Below, piece after piece: positions 1 to 9,553 of a stretch of 64,000 nt of DNA. The notes below the pieces were generated by a model. That model saw only the letters and a list, made by a program, of their open reading frames with translations. It was not told where the DNA came from and searched no databases. The stretch comes from Candidatus Palauibacter rhopaloidicola (GTDB lineage: Bacteria; Gemmatimonadota; Gemmatimonadetes; Palauibacterales; Palauibacteraceae): assembly GCA_026914155.1 (NCBI GenBank), contig JAPPGH010000063.1:34283-98282 (forward strand). The letters are read 5' to 3'. Each line of letters begins with the position of its first letter. The first letter of the stretch is position 1. The translations under genes were made by a program, and so were the position numbers.

Positions 1-252
1 CTCGGCCTCCCCTCGCACGACGCGGGCGAGTTGGGGCTTCGTGCAGACGAAGAGCACGGACTTGCCCCCGACGATCGTCTGGCGCACGAGTTCGTGAGCC
101 CGTTCGAGCTCCCGCTGCGTCTTCTTGAGATTGATGAGGTAGATCCCGCCGCACTCGGCGAAGATGTATTTCCGCATCTTCGGGTTCCAGCGATGTGTCT
201 GGTGACCGAAGTGTACGCCCGCCTTCAAGAGGTCCTGCAGCTCGACGCCCAT
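1..252 (-). CDS. rpsB: 30S ribosomal protein S2, N-terminal part (gene runs off the left edge)
   Basis: My own minus-strand translation from ATG 252..250 gives MGVELQDLLKAGVHFGHQTHRWNPKMRKYIFAECGGIYLINLKKT..., the canonical S2 N-terminus. It is absent from the ORF track because it has no stop inside the window. Confidence 0.9.
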   Translation of the reverse strand, partial: MGVELQDLLKAGVHFGHQTHRWNPKMRKYIFAECGGIYLINLKKTQRELERAHELVRQTIVGGKSVLFVCTKPQLARVVRGEAE

Positions 253-274
253 GCGTTCGGCTATCCGCCTTCCG

Positions 275-670
275 CTATCGTTTGGAGAACTGGAAGCGCT
301 TGCGCGCCTTGGGACGACCCGGCTTCTTCCGCTCGACGATGCGGGCATCGCGGGTCAGCATGCCGTGAGACCGCAACGTCCGGCGTCGGTCTTCATCCAT
401 CGCGAGGAGGGCGCGCGCGATGCCCAGGCGCGTGGCCTCCGCCTGGCCGGTGATTCCTCCCCCGCGCACGCGGACGGCGATGTCGTACGACGCTCGCGCC
501 CCGGTGACGTCGAGGGGCGCCGCGACGAGCGAACGGTGTCGCGGGATCGTGAAATACTCTTCGAACGCCCGGCCGTTCACGTTCACGACGCCCACGCCAC
601 GCTTCATCGTGATGCGGGACACCGACTTCTTCCGGCGTCCGACCGACTGGACCTGTTCTGTTTCCGCCAA
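275..670 (-). CDS. rpsI: 30S ribosomal protein S9
   Basis: 131-aa ORF with the S9 signature GGGITGQAEATRLGIARAL and basic tail RKKPGRPKARKRFQFSKR. It sits directly downstream of rplM, as in the conserved rplM-rpsI operon. Confidence 0.95.
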   Translation of the reverse strand: MAETEQVQSVGRRKKSVSRITMKRGVGVVNVNGRAFEEYFTIPRHRSLVAAPLDVTGARASYDIAVRVRGGGITGQAEATRLGIARALLAMDEDRRRTLRSHGMLTRDARIVERKKPGRPKARKRFQFSKR

Positions 671-716
671 CTCTCTTCTCCCTGGCAGTCCCTGTACTCT
701 GTCGCTATTCCGGTCG

Positions 717-1154
717 CTATTCCGCGATCGTGTCGAAGGGGCGGGGGTGCTGAGGCGCGTGCGGATGCTCCGGCCCCGCGTACACTCTCAACTTTCCGAG
801 CATCTGCCGGCCGAGCGTGTTTTTCGGCAGCATGCCCTTCACGGCCAGCTTGATCACCCGGTCGGGATGCCGGTCGAGCAGGCGCCGGAAGGGGATGAAG
901 CGCTCTCCGCCCATGTAGCCCGAATGTCGGAAATATTCCTTCTGATCCGCCTTGTTCCCGGTCAGCCGCACGCGCTCCGCGTTCACCACGACGACGTAGT
1001 CGCCGGTGTCGAGGTGCGTGCTGTAGATCGGCTTGTGCTTTCCGCGAAGGACGGTCGCGATCCTCGTCGCGAGACGGCCGAGAACCTGATCCGCGGCGTC
1101 GACCACGTACCAGTCCCGTTCGATCTCCCCCGCCTTCACCGAGTACGTCTTCAT
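717..1154 (-). CDS. rplM: 50S ribosomal protein L13
   Basis: ORF 717..1172 contains [59 protein letters not shown], canonical L13. I chose the ATG at 1154 (GAGGTGG shortly upstream) rather than the longer 1172 start. Confidence 0.93.
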   Translation of the reverse strand: MKTYSVKAGEIERDWYVVDAADQVLGRLATRIATVLRGKHKPIYSTHLDTGDYVVVVNAERVRLTGNKADQKEYFRHSGYMGGERFIPFRRLLDRHPDRVIKLAVKGMLPKNTLGRQMLGKLRVYAGPEHPHAPQHPRPFDTIAE

Positions 1155-1170
1155 TCGTTCTGCCCACCTC

Positions 1171-1193
1171 AAAAAAACCGCCCGGCGGGACGG
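1171..1193 (-). terminator. possible weak intrinsic terminator after the sigma-factor gene (short GC stem plus U7)
   Basis: The minus strand reads CCGUCCCGCCGGGCGG followed by UUUUUUU (A7 on plus at 1171..1177). The stem is only about 4 bp with a 3-nt loop, so this is weak. The U7 run is conspicuous in GC-rich DNA. Confidence 0.3.
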
Positions 1194-1248
1194 ATGCCGA
1201 GCGCGTGAAAATGATAGCCCGTGAAGCTATTCAGAGCCTCGCATGAAG

Positions 1249-2034
1249 TCAATCGCGAATGGAGACCGCAAACGGAGACGCAGCTCCGCGAACGGGACGG
1301 CGGGGCGACCGGGCGCCGCGCGAGGCGCTTCCGGCCCCGGGCGCGCCGTCGTTGACGAAGCGCACGAGCCCGGTCCGTTCGGCGCCCGCGCGCAGCCGCG
1401 AAAGCCCTCGCTCCTTGAGTTGGCGGGTCCGCTCGCGCGACAGGTCGAGGGCCGCCGAGATCTCGGCCGGCGTCTGGGGCCTCTCGTAACCCACGCCGAA
1501 GTAGCGGCGCACGACCTCCGATTCGAGCGGCGGGAGGTCGGCCAGACTCGCCTCGATGGCGTCGCTGAGCCGCTCGCGAATGAGCCCGGCTCCGGGCTCG
1601 GGCGCCTGTTCGTCGGGCAGGAGTTCCTCGAAGGTGCAGGCGCCCCCCGGGGCCATCTCGTCGAGGGAAAAGCGGTGCGCGGCGGGTTCGCCCGGGAGCC
1701 GATGATCGCCGTGGTCGGCGATGGCCTGCGTCATGGCGCGCCGCACCCAGTAGTGTGCGTAGCTGATGAAACGGACGCCGCGCTCCGGATCGAAGCGATC
1801 CGCGGCGCGCACGAGCCCCACGTTCCCCTCGTTCACGAGGTCGACCAGGGGGACGCCACGGCCGCGGTAGCCGCGCGCGACGGATACGACGAAGCGGAGA
1901 TTCGCGCTGACGAGCCGCACGCGCGCCGCCTGGTCGCCAGCCCGACTCCGCCGCGCCAGTTCCGCTTCGGCTTCCGCGTCGAGCAGGCTCTCGCGACCGA
2001 TGTCCGCGAGGTAGCGTTCGAATATCCGGACCAT
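1249..2034 (-). CDS. RNA polymerase sigma factor, sigma-70 family (alternative, no region 1.1)
   Basis: 261 aa. Region 2 reads NLRFVVSVARGYRGRGVPLVDLVNEGNVGLVRAADRFDPERGVRFISYAHYWVRRAM. The region 4.2 HTH reads PAEISAALDLSRERTRQLKERGLSRLR. It is too short to be the primary sigma. Confidence 0.85.
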   Translation of the reverse strand: MVRIFERYLADIGRESLLDAEAEAELARRSRAGDQAARVRLVSANLRFVVSVARGYRGRGVPLVDLVNEGNVGLVRAADRFDPERGVRFISYAHYWVRRAMTQAIADHGDHRLPGEPAAHRFSLDEMAPGGACTFEELLPDEQAPEPGAGLIRERLSDAIEASLADLPPLESEVVRRYFGVGYERPQTPAEISAALDLSRERTRQLKERGLSRLRAGAERTGLVRFVNDGAPGAGSASRGARSPRRPVRGAASPFAVSIRD

Positions 2035-2046
2035 CCCGGGTCGACC

Positions 2047-2841
2047 TCAGTCGACGCCGCGCAGAATCCGGCCCCAGCGAATCTCGGTGAGCCAGGCCCA
2101 GGGGCCCTGCGGCTCGCGGGCGTACGAATAGTACACCAGAAAAGGTCTCCCCCGGATCGCATCCCGGGGCACGAAGCCCCAGTAGCGGGAATCCTCGGAG
2201 TTCGACCGGTTGTCGCCCATGACGAAGTAGCTGTCCCCCGGCACGACGAGCGGCCCCCAGTTGTTTCGCGTCGTCACCGTCCCGGAGCGGCGCGCGGCAT
2301 CGGTCAGGAACCGGCGCTGCCACGAGAACTTCGGGCTCGGCGCGTCGGGGAAGTTCGACGCGGCTTTCACGTAGGGTTCCTCGAACGGAACCCCGTTCAC
2401 GAAGAGCGTCGCGCGCCGCATGCGCAGCGTATCTCCCGGCATACCGACGATCCGCTTCACGTAGTTCGTGCGCGGGGGCTGTTCGGCGGACTCCGGAGGC
2501 TCGAACACGATGACGTCGCCGCGGGCCGGCTCGCCAAAGGCGGGCAGCTCGAGGTCCGTACCGGGGATTTCGGCCCCGTACACCATCTTGTTGACGAGCA
2601 GGAAGTCGCCGATCAGAAGCGTGTTCTCCATCGAGGCGGTCGGGATCTGGAAGGCCTCGACGACGAAGGTCCGGATGAAGAGAAACAGGACGAGGGCAAC
2701 GAAAATCGACTTCGTCCACTCCCACATCCACCGGCCGACGGACGCGTCGCGACCCCGTCGCGCCCTGACCGTGGGCGCGCGAAACCTGCGGACGGTTTTT
2801 TCAGTCGGTCGTTTCTCCATCCCACCCTCCCTGTTCCACAA
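2047..2841 (-). CDS. lepB: signal peptidase I
   Basis: One N-terminal TM, then the SPase I boxes IPTASMENTL, GDVIVF, YVKRIVGMPGD and GDNRSNSEDSRYWGFVP. An alternative start is the ATG at 2820 (MEKRPTEK). Confidence 0.9.
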   Translation of the reverse strand: MWNREGGMEKRPTEKTVRRFRAPTVRARRGRDASVGRWMWEWTKSIFVALVLFLFIRTFVVEAFQIPTASMENTLLIGDFLLVNKMVYGAEIPGTDLELPAFGEPARGDVIVFEPPESAEQPPRTNYVKRIVGMPGDTLRMRRATLFVNGVPFEEPYVKAASNFPDAPSPKFSWQRRFLTDAARRSGTVTTRNNWGPLVVPGDSYFVMGDNRSNSEDSRYWGFVPRDAIRGRPFLVYYSYAREPQGPWAWLTEIRWGRILRGVD

Positions 2842-2907
2842 GCCGGCGATTGGCCCTCACCACACCAAGATGCACGGCGGACCTCAACGGGGTCTCACCG
2901 TCCGGCT

Positions 2908-4398
2908 TCACCAGTCGACGTCGATCTGCGCGCGCTGCAGCGTGCCGCTGTAATCGACGTACGCCACCTTCGTTTCCGTGTAGAACTCGTAGACTTCCCA
3001 CCCCCCTTCACGGTGTCCGTTGCCCGTGTTTTTGACACCGCCGAAGGGAAGGTGCGCCTCCGCGCCGATGGTGGGCGCGTTCACGTAGGTGATCCCGTTG
3101 TCGAGTTCCTCCACGGCGCGGAAGGATGCGGTCACATCCCGCGTGTAGATCGACGACGAGAGCCCGTATGGAACTTCGTTGTTGATATCGAAGGCTTCCT
3201 CGATCGTGTCGAAGCGGATCACGGAGAGGACCGGCCCGAAAATCTCCTCGCGCGCGGCCCGGTGCGCCCGGTCGACACCCGCGAGGACCGTCGGCTCGAA
3301 GAACCAGCCATCGGCGAGGCCGCTCTCCGCCGGCCGTCCGCCTCCCGTCGCCACCGTCGCCCCCTCCTCGCGGGCGATCGCGATGTAGCGTTCGCACTTC
3401 TCGCGGGCGGTCTCGTGGATGAGCGGACCCACATCGACGCCGGCCTCCTGCCCGTCGCCGAGCCGGAGGGAGCGCGCTTCGTAGCAGAGCCTCTCCACGA
3501 ACTCGTCGTGGACCTCGCTCTGCACGAGGAGTCGGCTCGTCGCCGTGCAGCGCTGCCCCGTCGTGCCGAAGGCGCCCCACAGCACCCCCTCGAGGGCGAG
3601 GTCGAGGTCCGCGTCCGCCATGACGATCTGGGCGTTCTTGCCGCCCATCTCGAGGGAGAGACGCTTGTGCATCCGCCCCGCGACCTCGCCGATCCGGCTG
3701 CCCGTCTCGGTGGATCCGGTGAAGGAGAGGCCGGGGACGCCGGGGTGTTCGACGATGGCGCGCCCGATCGTCTCGCCGCGGCCGTGCAGCAACTGCACGC
3801 ACTCCGGCGGCAGGCCGGCCTCGAGCAGGATCTCCACGAACCGATGCGCGCTGTGGGGCACATCCTCCGAAGGCTTGTAGATGATGCTGTTCCCGCAGAG
3901 CAGCGCGGGGAAGATCTTCCAGCTCGGGACCGCAACCGGGAAGTTGAAGGGGGTGATGATCCCGAACACGCCGATGGGACGCCGGAACGACATCGCCCAC
4001 TTGCTGCGCAGCTCGGAGGGCGCCGTGCGTCCGAACAGGCGCCGGCCCTCCACCGCCGCGTAGTAGGCCGTGTCGATGGCCTCCTGGACATCGCCGCGCG
4101 TCTCGTCGAGCACCTTCCCCATCTCGCGCGTCGCCGTGCGCGCAAGGTCCTCCTTGTGCCGCGTGAGCAGGTCCCCCGCCGTCTTCAACACCAGGCCTCG
4201 CTCCGGGGCCGGCGTCCTGGACCAACGCTCGAAGCCGCGCTGGGCAGAGGCCACGGCCGCGTCCAGCTCCGACGCGCCCGTGTCCGGAAAGAGGCCGATG
4301 AGGTCCGTCGTGCGCGCCGGGTTCCGGTTCTCGATGTAGTCGCCGGTGGCAGGCGCGGTCCACTCGCCCGCGATGTAGTTGAGGAACTTCTCAGCCAT
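2908..4398 (-). CDS. aldehyde dehydrogenase family protein
   Basis: 496 aa with ALDH hallmarks: FNFPVAVPSWKIFPALLCGN, LSLEMGGKNAQIV, catalytic-Cys context FGTTGQRCTATSRLLV, and PFGGVKNTGNG. Substrate specificity cannot be called. Confidence 0.88.
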   Translation of the reverse strand: MAEKFLNYIAGEWTAPATGDYIENRNPARTTDLIGLFPDTGASELDAAVASAQRGFERWSRTPAPERGLVLKTAGDLLTRHKEDLARTATREMGKVLDETRGDVQEAIDTAYYAAVEGRRLFGRTAPSELRSKWAMSFRRPIGVFGIITPFNFPVAVPSWKIFPALLCGNSIIYKPSEDVPHSAHRFVEILLEAGLPPECVQLLHGRGETIGRAIVEHPGVPGLSFTGSTETGSRIGEVAGRMHKRLSLEMGGKNAQIVMADADLDLALEGVLWGAFGTTGQRCTATSRLLVQSEVHDEFVERLCYEARSLRLGDGQEAGVDVGPLIHETAREKCERYIAIAREEGATVATGGGRPAESGLADGWFFEPTVLAGVDRAHRAAREEIFGPVLSVIRFDTIEEAFDINNEVPYGLSSSIYTRDVTASFRAVEELDNGITYVNAPTIGAEAHLPFGGVKNTGNGHREGGWEVYEFYTETKVAYVDYSGTLQRAQIDVDW

Positions 4399-4422
4399 GG
4401 CCGGAGGAACTCCGTTCCTGGA

Positions 4423-5070
4423 TTAGCGATCCATGAGGAGGACGACCTCCTCGTTTTCCACCCGGACGTCCACGACGGTCTCGGGGATGTCGAAGAGCAC
4501 GGTTCGTCCGTCCGCACGCAACCCCATCTGCTGCGCGGCCATGCCGAACATCATCGGGGGCACCGGGAGGATGCCCGCCTGGAGACTCACGAGGTGGAGG
4601 CGTCCCTCGCCACTCTCCCCGACCTGCGGGAACACCTCGCCGGCAACCCGGGCGGAATCCCCGAGCGTCCTCGCCAGGCTCGCCGCCATGTCCGCGTCGA
4701 TCGGGAGTTGCGTGAAGTCGAGCACGATGGAAAAGGCAACGGTCGAGTCGCGCAGTTCGACGGCGGGCTCGCCGACGCCGGCCGGCAGTCGGGAGGCCAG
4801 CCGGTAGCGGACGTAGCTCTGGAGTTCCGTCTCGGTGAACCGCGTCTCGGCCGCCCCGCCGCCGGCCGCCAACTCCTGCAGAGCCGTTTCCACCTGCGCC
4901 GCCGCCTCGGGACCGAATTCGGGCGTGGATTCGACGACGACGATCTCGTCCGCGCCCACATTCGCGAGCCACGCTTCGATGTCTCCGCGGAAAATCCAGC
5001 CCACGATCAGCAGAATCAGAATGAAGATGAGAAAGCCCAGACCCTTGAAGAGCTTCCGGAAGATACCCAT
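4423..5070 (-). CDS. hypothetical membrane-anchored protein
   Basis: 215-aa ORF with an N-terminal hydrophobic helix (GFLIFILILLIVGWIF). Composition is protein-like and in the same orientation and spacing as its neighbours. I recognised no motif. Confidence 0.6.
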   Translation of the reverse strand: MGIFRKLFKGLGFLIFILILLIVGWIFRGDIEAWLANVGADEIVVVESTPEFGPEAAAQVETALQELAAGGGAAETRFTETELQSYVRYRLASRLPAGVGEPAVELRDSTVAFSIVLDFTQLPIDADMAASLARTLGDSARVAGEVFPQVGESGEGRLHLVSLQAGILPVPPMMFGMAAQQMGLRADGRTVLFDIPETVVDVRVENEEVVLLMDR

Positions 5071-5109
5071 GTCGACCGCCTCCGACCGGAATCGGGGAAA
5101 GAGGTAAAG

Positions 5110-5742
5110 CTAGTGCTGTGCCCGGCGGACGTCATCGGCGCCGCCCGCCAGCCGGCACGCTGCGACCTCCGTGTGCCGCGCGCCGCGGGGGAGAAGTTCG
5201 CTCCGCATCAGTGACACGCGCCGAACGTCCACCGTGGCCTCGAAGCGGACACGCGCGATGGCGCCCGCCAAACCTACGGGCGGCGGGGGGCGGCGGATTC
5301 GTCCCACCGTCACGTGCGGGCGGAAGCGGCGCGGGTCGGGGGCGACGCCGGCGCGGACCACCGCTTCCTCCACGGAGCGCTGCAGCGCGGCGAGGGCGGG
5401 CGTCTCCTCGACACCGACCCAGAGGACGCGCGCGCGCCGGTGGGAGGGAAAGACGCCGGCAGCGCGCAGCCGGACCGGGAAGCCCGGCAGCTCCGCGGTG
5501 GCGGCGGCAATCTCCCGCGCGAGCGGCGCCTCGAGGCCGCGGTCGACCTCCCCGATGAAGCGCAGCGTGAGGTGCAGTTGCTCCGCGCGCACCGGCCGCA
5601 CGCCCTCCAGCGCCCGCAGGGGCCCGGTCGCGCGCGTGAGATCCGCGCGGATCGCGGCGGGGAGCAGGACGGCCGCGAAGAGCCTCGACCGGACGTCCGG
5701 GGAGACATATCCTGCGCCTGCCATGATCCTCCTCATCGACAA
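5110..5742 (-). CDS. thpR: RNA 2',3'-cyclic phosphodiesterase (2H phosphoesterase, ThpR/LigT family)
   Basis: Two H-x-T-x motifs (HLTLRF and HVTVGR) at the spacing typical of 2H phosphoesterases. The start is uncertain: 5742, 5724 or further in, because the family core begins near RLFAAV. Confidence 0.75.
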   Translation of the reverse strand: MSMRRIMAGAGYVSPDVRSRLFAAVLLPAAIRADLTRATGPLRALEGVRPVRAEQLHLTLRFIGEVDRGLEAPLAREIAAATAELPGFPVRLRAAGVFPSHRRARVLWVGVEETPALAALQRSVEEAVVRAGVAPDPRRFRPHVTVGRIRRPPPPVGLAGAIARVRFEATVDVRRVSLMRSELLPRGARHTEVAACRLAGGADDVRRAQH

Positions 5743-6361
5743 CTACGATTCGTTCGCATTCAACCTCGCGCGGTACCTGGAGGAACTTGGGGAGACGGTG
5801 CGGGTGCGGCGCAACGATGACGTCGACCCGGGGAAGCTGAGGGACGAAGGCTTGTCCCACATCGTCATCTCGCCCGGTCCCTGTACCCCCGCCGAAGCCG
5901 GAGCTTCCGTCGAGACGATCCGGACGGTGGGCGCGGAGATCCCGATTCTGGGCGTCTGTCTCGGACACCAATGTATCGCGGCGGCGACCGGGGGACGCGT
6001 CGTCCGGGCCGCGCGTCCGATGCACGGCCGCCTGTCGGCGATCCGGCACGAGGGGCGCGGGCTGTTCGCGGGCCTGCCCTCGCCGCTCGAGGTCACGCGC
6101 TACCATTCGCTGGTCGTGGATCCCGGCGAACCGGGGGCCGGCCTCCGGGTCACGGCCCGCACGGACGAGGGCGAAGTCATGGCGCTCGAGCACGAGTCGT
6201 GGCCCCTGTGGGGCGTGCAGTTCCACCCGGAAGCCGTGCTCACGGCCGGGGGACGCCGCCTGCTCGGGAACTTCCTCGCGCTCGGAAGGGGGGACGTCCC
6301 CGCCGCCGAGCCCGTGGAAGCCGGCCGCTGCCCCGAACTCCCGGCCGACGCGCTGTCCTGA
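5723..6361 (+). CDS. anthranilate/aminodeoxychorismate synthase component II (class I glutamine amidotransferase)
   Basis: The last 212 aa of ORF 5171..6361 read MILLIDNYDSFAFNLARYL..., with the GVCLGHQ Cys nucleophile and QFHPE. ATG at 5723. The upstream part of the track ORF is antisense to thpR. Confidence 0.88.
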   Translation: MILLIDNYDSFAFNLARYLEELGETVRVRRNDDVDPGKLRDEGLSHIVISPGPCTPAEAGASVETIRTVGAEIPILGVCLGHQCIAAATGGRVVRAARPMHGRLSAIRHEGRGLFAGLPSPLEVTRYHSLVVDPGEPGAGLRVTARTDEGEVMALEHESWPLWGVQFHPEAVLTAGGRRLLGNFLALGRGDVPAAEPVEAGRCPELPADALS

Positions 6362-6393
6362 CCGGGTTGGCGGGGGGACCCGCTCCAGTGTGG

Positions 6394-7929
6394 CTAATGT
6401 GGGCTGCGGAAACGGATCGCTTCGGCGACGTGGTCGTCGGATACGGGGCCCCGTCCCTCGAGGTCCGCGATGGTCCGGGCGACGCGAAGCGCGCGGTGGT
6501 AGCCGCGGGCCGTGAGGCCGAGATGCGTCACGGCCTTCCTCAGGAGCGAGCGGCCGCCGCGGTCGATTCGGCACGCCTCCTCGAGACGGGCGGGCGGGAT
6601 CCGCGCATTCGTCGTGCCGTGGCGGCGGGCGGCGCCGGCGCGGGCGCTCGACACGCGGGCCCGCACCACCGCGCTCGTCTCGCCGGGCGCCGCGTCCGCG
6701 AGTTGCTCCCAGCGTACGGCGGGGACGTCGACGAGCATGTCGATCCGGTCGATGAGCGGTCCGCTGACCCGGCGGCGGTAGCGCAGCACGGTTTCCTCGG
6801 GACAGCGGCACCGGCCCGGCACGCCGAGGAAGCCGCACGGGCAGGGGTTCATCGCGGCCACGAGCGTGAACTCGGCGGGGAAGCAGGCGGACCCGGCCGC
6901 GCGGACGATCCGCACCTGCCCTTCCTCGATCGGCTGGCGCAGCGCCTCAAGCGTGCGGCGCCCGAACTCCGGGAGTTCGTCGAGGAAGAGCACGCCGTGA
7001 TGCGCGAGCGATGCCTCGCCCGGCCGCGGACGGCTCCCCCCGCCGATGAGCCCGGCCTCGCTGACGGAATGGTGCGGCGCGCGGAAGGGTCGGGCGCGCT
7101 TGAGTCCGGAACCATCGGCCATGAGGCCGGCGACGCTGTGGATCACCGTCACGTCCACCGCCTCCCTGACGTCGAGGACGGGGAGGAGACCGGGGAGGCA
7201 GCGCGCGAGACTCGTCTTGCCCGAACCCGGGCAGCCTGAAAGGAGGAGGTTGTGCCCGCCGGCGGCGGCGATCTCCAGCGCCCGCTTGGCGGCCGGCTGC
7301 CCCTTGACGGCGGACAGGTCGAACCCGTCGTCGTCCGGCCCGCGACCGTCCGTCGTGCCACCGGCGGGAGACACGAGAGCCATGGGTGCGCGCAACTGGA
7401 CCTTGCCCTTCAGGGCGGCGAGGATGTGGGTCAGCGACTCCGAACCGCCCACGGCGATCCCTTCCGCCGCCGACGCCTCCCGCAGATTCGCGGTGGGCAG
7501 GAGGAGGCGCGCGACCTGCGGGTGCGCGGCCGCGAAGAGGGCGATCGGAAGGGCGCCCCGGATGGAGCGCAGGGAGCCGTCGAGCCCGAGTTCGCCCACC
7601 GCCAGCGTCCCGTCGAGCGCATCCTGAGGGAGATCCCCCTTCGCGCACAGAATCCCGAGCATGATCGGCAGGTCGAGCGCGGCCCCGGTCTTGGGAAGGT
7701 CCGCCGGCGCCAGGTTCACCGTGATGCGCAGCCCGGGAACGTGAAGGCCCAGTTGCGCCGCGGCGGCCCGGATTCGCTCGCGGCCCTCGCGCACCGCGCT
7801 CTGCGCGAGACCGACGATCTGCATCATCGGCGTCCCGTAGATCAGCGACACCTCGACGCTCACCGGGCGCACGTCGATTCCCGTTACCGCCGCCGACATC
7901 ACCGAGGCCGACCCCATCCACTTCGGCAT
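6394..7929 (-). CDS. YifB/ComM family Mg-chelatase-like AAA ATPase
   Basis: 511 aa. It has an N-terminal Lon-protease-like fold region, Walker A GCPGSGKT, GVLFLDELPEF, the zinc-ribbon-like NPCPCGF...CRC and the C-terminal ARGYHRALRVARTIADLEG typical of ComM/YifB. Confidence 0.9.
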   Translation of the reverse strand: MPKWMGSASVMSAAVTGIDVRPVSVEVSLIYGTPMMQIVGLAQSAVREGRERIRAAAAQLGLHVPGLRITVNLAPADLPKTGAALDLPIMLGILCAKGDLPQDALDGTLAVGELGLDGSLRSIRGALPIALFAAAHPQVARLLLPTANLREASAAEGIAVGGSESLTHILAALKGKVQLRAPMALVSPAGGTTDGRGPDDDGFDLSAVKGQPAAKRALEIAAAGGHNLLLSGCPGSGKTSLARCLPGLLPVLDVREAVDVTVIHSVAGLMADGSGLKRARPFRAPHHSVSEAGLIGGGSRPRPGEASLAHHGVLFLDELPEFGRRTLEALRQPIEEGQVRIVRAAGSACFPAEFTLVAAMNPCPCGFLGVPGRCRCPEETVLRYRRRVSGPLIDRIDMLVDVPAVRWEQLADAAPGETSAVVRARVSSARAGAARRHGTTNARIPPARLEEACRIDRGGRSLLRKAVTHLGLTARGYHRALRVARTIADLEGRGPVSDDHVAEAIRFRSPH

Positions 7930-8015
7930 TCTTCGTCGCTCCCCTCCGCGCAGCCTTGTAACTTCACCCTGAGGTCATGATCGGCGCCGGTCTCAACCGG
8001 TTCTCAAACAGGCCG

Positions 8016-8051
8016 GGAACGAGCGCAGGAACGAGGGAAGGAACGAGGGAA
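8016..8051 (+). repeat. 3 x 12-bp tandem repeat GGAACGAG(C/G)G(C/A)A ending 2 nt before the GTG of the next ORF
   Basis: GGAACGAGCGCA (8016..8027), GGAACGAGGGAA (8028..8039) and GGAACGAGGGAA (8040..8051), read directly. Each copy carries a GAGG/AGGGA Shine-Dalgarno-like core. Confidence 0.9.
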
Positions 8052-8053
8052 GT

Positions 8054-8797
8054 GTGGCGAAGAGCGTGAGATTGTCGTGCGGCGGCGCCAGCCGTCCGTG
8101 GCAAGACCCGGCGTCACCGCCGAGAGCGGTGAGGCTGCTGGGAGTGCTGCTGCTGAGCCCGCTGCTCGCGGGCCTCCTGGCCTCCCAGCCGCTGAGCGCG
8201 CAGGAACTGGACTCCGGCCACCTCTACCTGCGCGAAGAGGGGCGCCGGGTTGGGACGGAACGCTTCCGGATCTGGCGGACCGGATCCACGGTGAACGCCG
8301 CCGCGAGCGTCGAGATGGTGCAGCGGACCGCCTGGCTGGTGCGGCTCCAGATGGATCCCGACCTGCTACCGATGAAATACGAGATTCGCGACGGGGTATC
8401 GGCTCTCGTGAGCGGAGAGCGCTTCCCCGACCGGGTCCGCTTCCACTTCGCGACGCCGGAGGGCGAGCGCTGGAAGCAGTACCCGGTCCAGGATGCGGCC
8501 GCGATCGTCGAGCCGGGGGTCGCCCATCACTATCTCGTGCTCGTGCGTGCGCTCAGGGAAGCGCCGGACGGACGGTTGAAGGCGATCCTGCCCCTCGACG
8601 GCCGGACCGTGACCGTCCGCCTCGCCGGGCGGACGGAGGAGAGCGTTTCGCTCGGCGAGGAGTCGGTGGACGCGACTCGCTACGACGTGGACATGGAAGG
8701 CGCCCTGCACCGGGTATGGCTAGACGCGGAAGACCGGCTGCTCCGCGTCCTGGACGCCGACGGCCGCGAGGCCCTGCGCGCCCCCGCCGGGGGCTGA
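8054..8797 (+). CDS. hypothetical secreted protein
   Basis: 247-aa ORF with a signal-peptide-like LLGVLLLSPLLAGLLASQPLSAQE, then a beta-rich-looking soluble domain. No recognised motif. Confidence 0.6.
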   Translation: MAKSVRLSCGGASRPWQDPASPPRAVRLLGVLLLSPLLAGLLASQPLSAQELDSGHLYLREEGRRVGTERFRIWRTGSTVNAAASVEMVQRTAWLVRLQMDPDLLPMKYEIRDGVSALVSGERFPDRVRFHFATPEGERWKQYPVQDAAAIVEPGVAHHYLVLVRALREAPDGRLKAILPLDGRTVTVRLAGRTEESVSLGEESVDATRYDVDMEGALHRVWLDAEDRLLRVLDADGREALRAPAGG

Positions 8798-8815
8798 GAC
8801 AGACTGGAGGAGAAG

Positions 8816-9553
8816 ATGGAACACCATCCGGAATCGTCCGAGGCATCGGTGGAGGAGCACGGGATCCCCTCCCTGCCCGTGCGCATCGTGCAGGTCTTTG
8901 TCTCGCCGGCGAAGCTGTTCGACGCCCTCCGCCAGCGGCCCGCGTGGATGGGCGCCGTTCTGGGGCTCATCGGCCTCAGCATCGCACTGCAGTTGCTGAT
9001 GCCGGTCGTCGTCCCCGAAGAGATTCGGCGGGCGGCCACGGAAGCCCAGTTCGAGAGATTCGTGCAGGATCCGGCGGCCTTGGAGCAGCAGGTCGACGCC
9101 GTCATGTCGCAGGGACCGGTCGGCGGCATCGTGACCGTGATCATTGCCACTCCCATCGTACTCTCGATCATAGCCGGACTCCTCCTCATCGCGTTCAACG
9201 TCATCCTGGGGGGCGAAGCCAGTTTCAAGCAGCTGCTAAGCGCCGCGGCGCACGCCATGTACATCGGCACGGTGGGAGGCATCGTCTCCATCGGCTTGAT
9301 GGCGGTCGGTGCCGAGATCGTGACCCTCACGCCCGGTCTCTTCCTGCCCGAGATGGAGGGGTTCATCGGCAGGTTCCTAAACGGAATCAACGTCTTCTCT
9401 GTTTGGACGTGCGGGGTGCTCGGGGTGGCGGTGAGCCGCTTCTATCCGGGCCGGTCCGTGGCGGCGGGCACGACGTACCTGCTTGTGCTCTACCTCATCT
9501 TCGTGGCGGCGATCGCGATGGTCGCAGGTCTTTTCGGCGGTTTGGCCGGCTAG
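8816..9553 (+). CDS. Yip1-domain-like multi-pass membrane protein
   Basis: 245 aa with a soluble N-terminus followed by about 5 hydrophobic helices. The layout and the F..P...F motif region resemble bacterial YIP1-family proteins. Assigned by architecture only. Confidence 0.5.
   Translation: MEHHPESSEASVEEHGIPSLPVRIVQVFVSPAKLFDALRQRPAWMGAVLGLIGLSIALQLLMPVVVPEEIRRAATEAQFERFVQDPAALEQQVDAVMSQGPVGGIVTVIIATPIVLSIIAGLLLIAFNVILGGEASFKQLLSAAAHAMYIGTVGGIVSIGLMAVGAEIVTLTPGLFLPEMEGFIGRFLNGINVFSVWTCGVLGVAVSRFYPGRSVAAGTTYLLVLYLIFVAAIAMVAGLFGGLAG

Noticed and set aside
31-853. Plus-strand ORFs 31..453 and 251..853
   Set aside because: They are antisense to rpsB and rpsI, which have unambiguous ribosomal-protein translations.
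1243-5214. 1323-aa plus-strand ORF spanning four minus-strand genes
   Set aside because: Its Arg/Gly/Pro/Ala-rich translation has no motifs. It is exactly antisense to well-supported genes (sigma factor, lepB, ALDH, membrane protein). Long stop-free antisense frames are expected in GC-rich DNA.
5722-5725. Divergent thpR and the amidotransferase sharing a CATG so both start codons overlap
   Set aside because: The overlap depends on choosing the thpR ATG at 5724. The conserved ThpR core starts further in, so a downstream start is more likely, which leaves a short normal divergent spacer.
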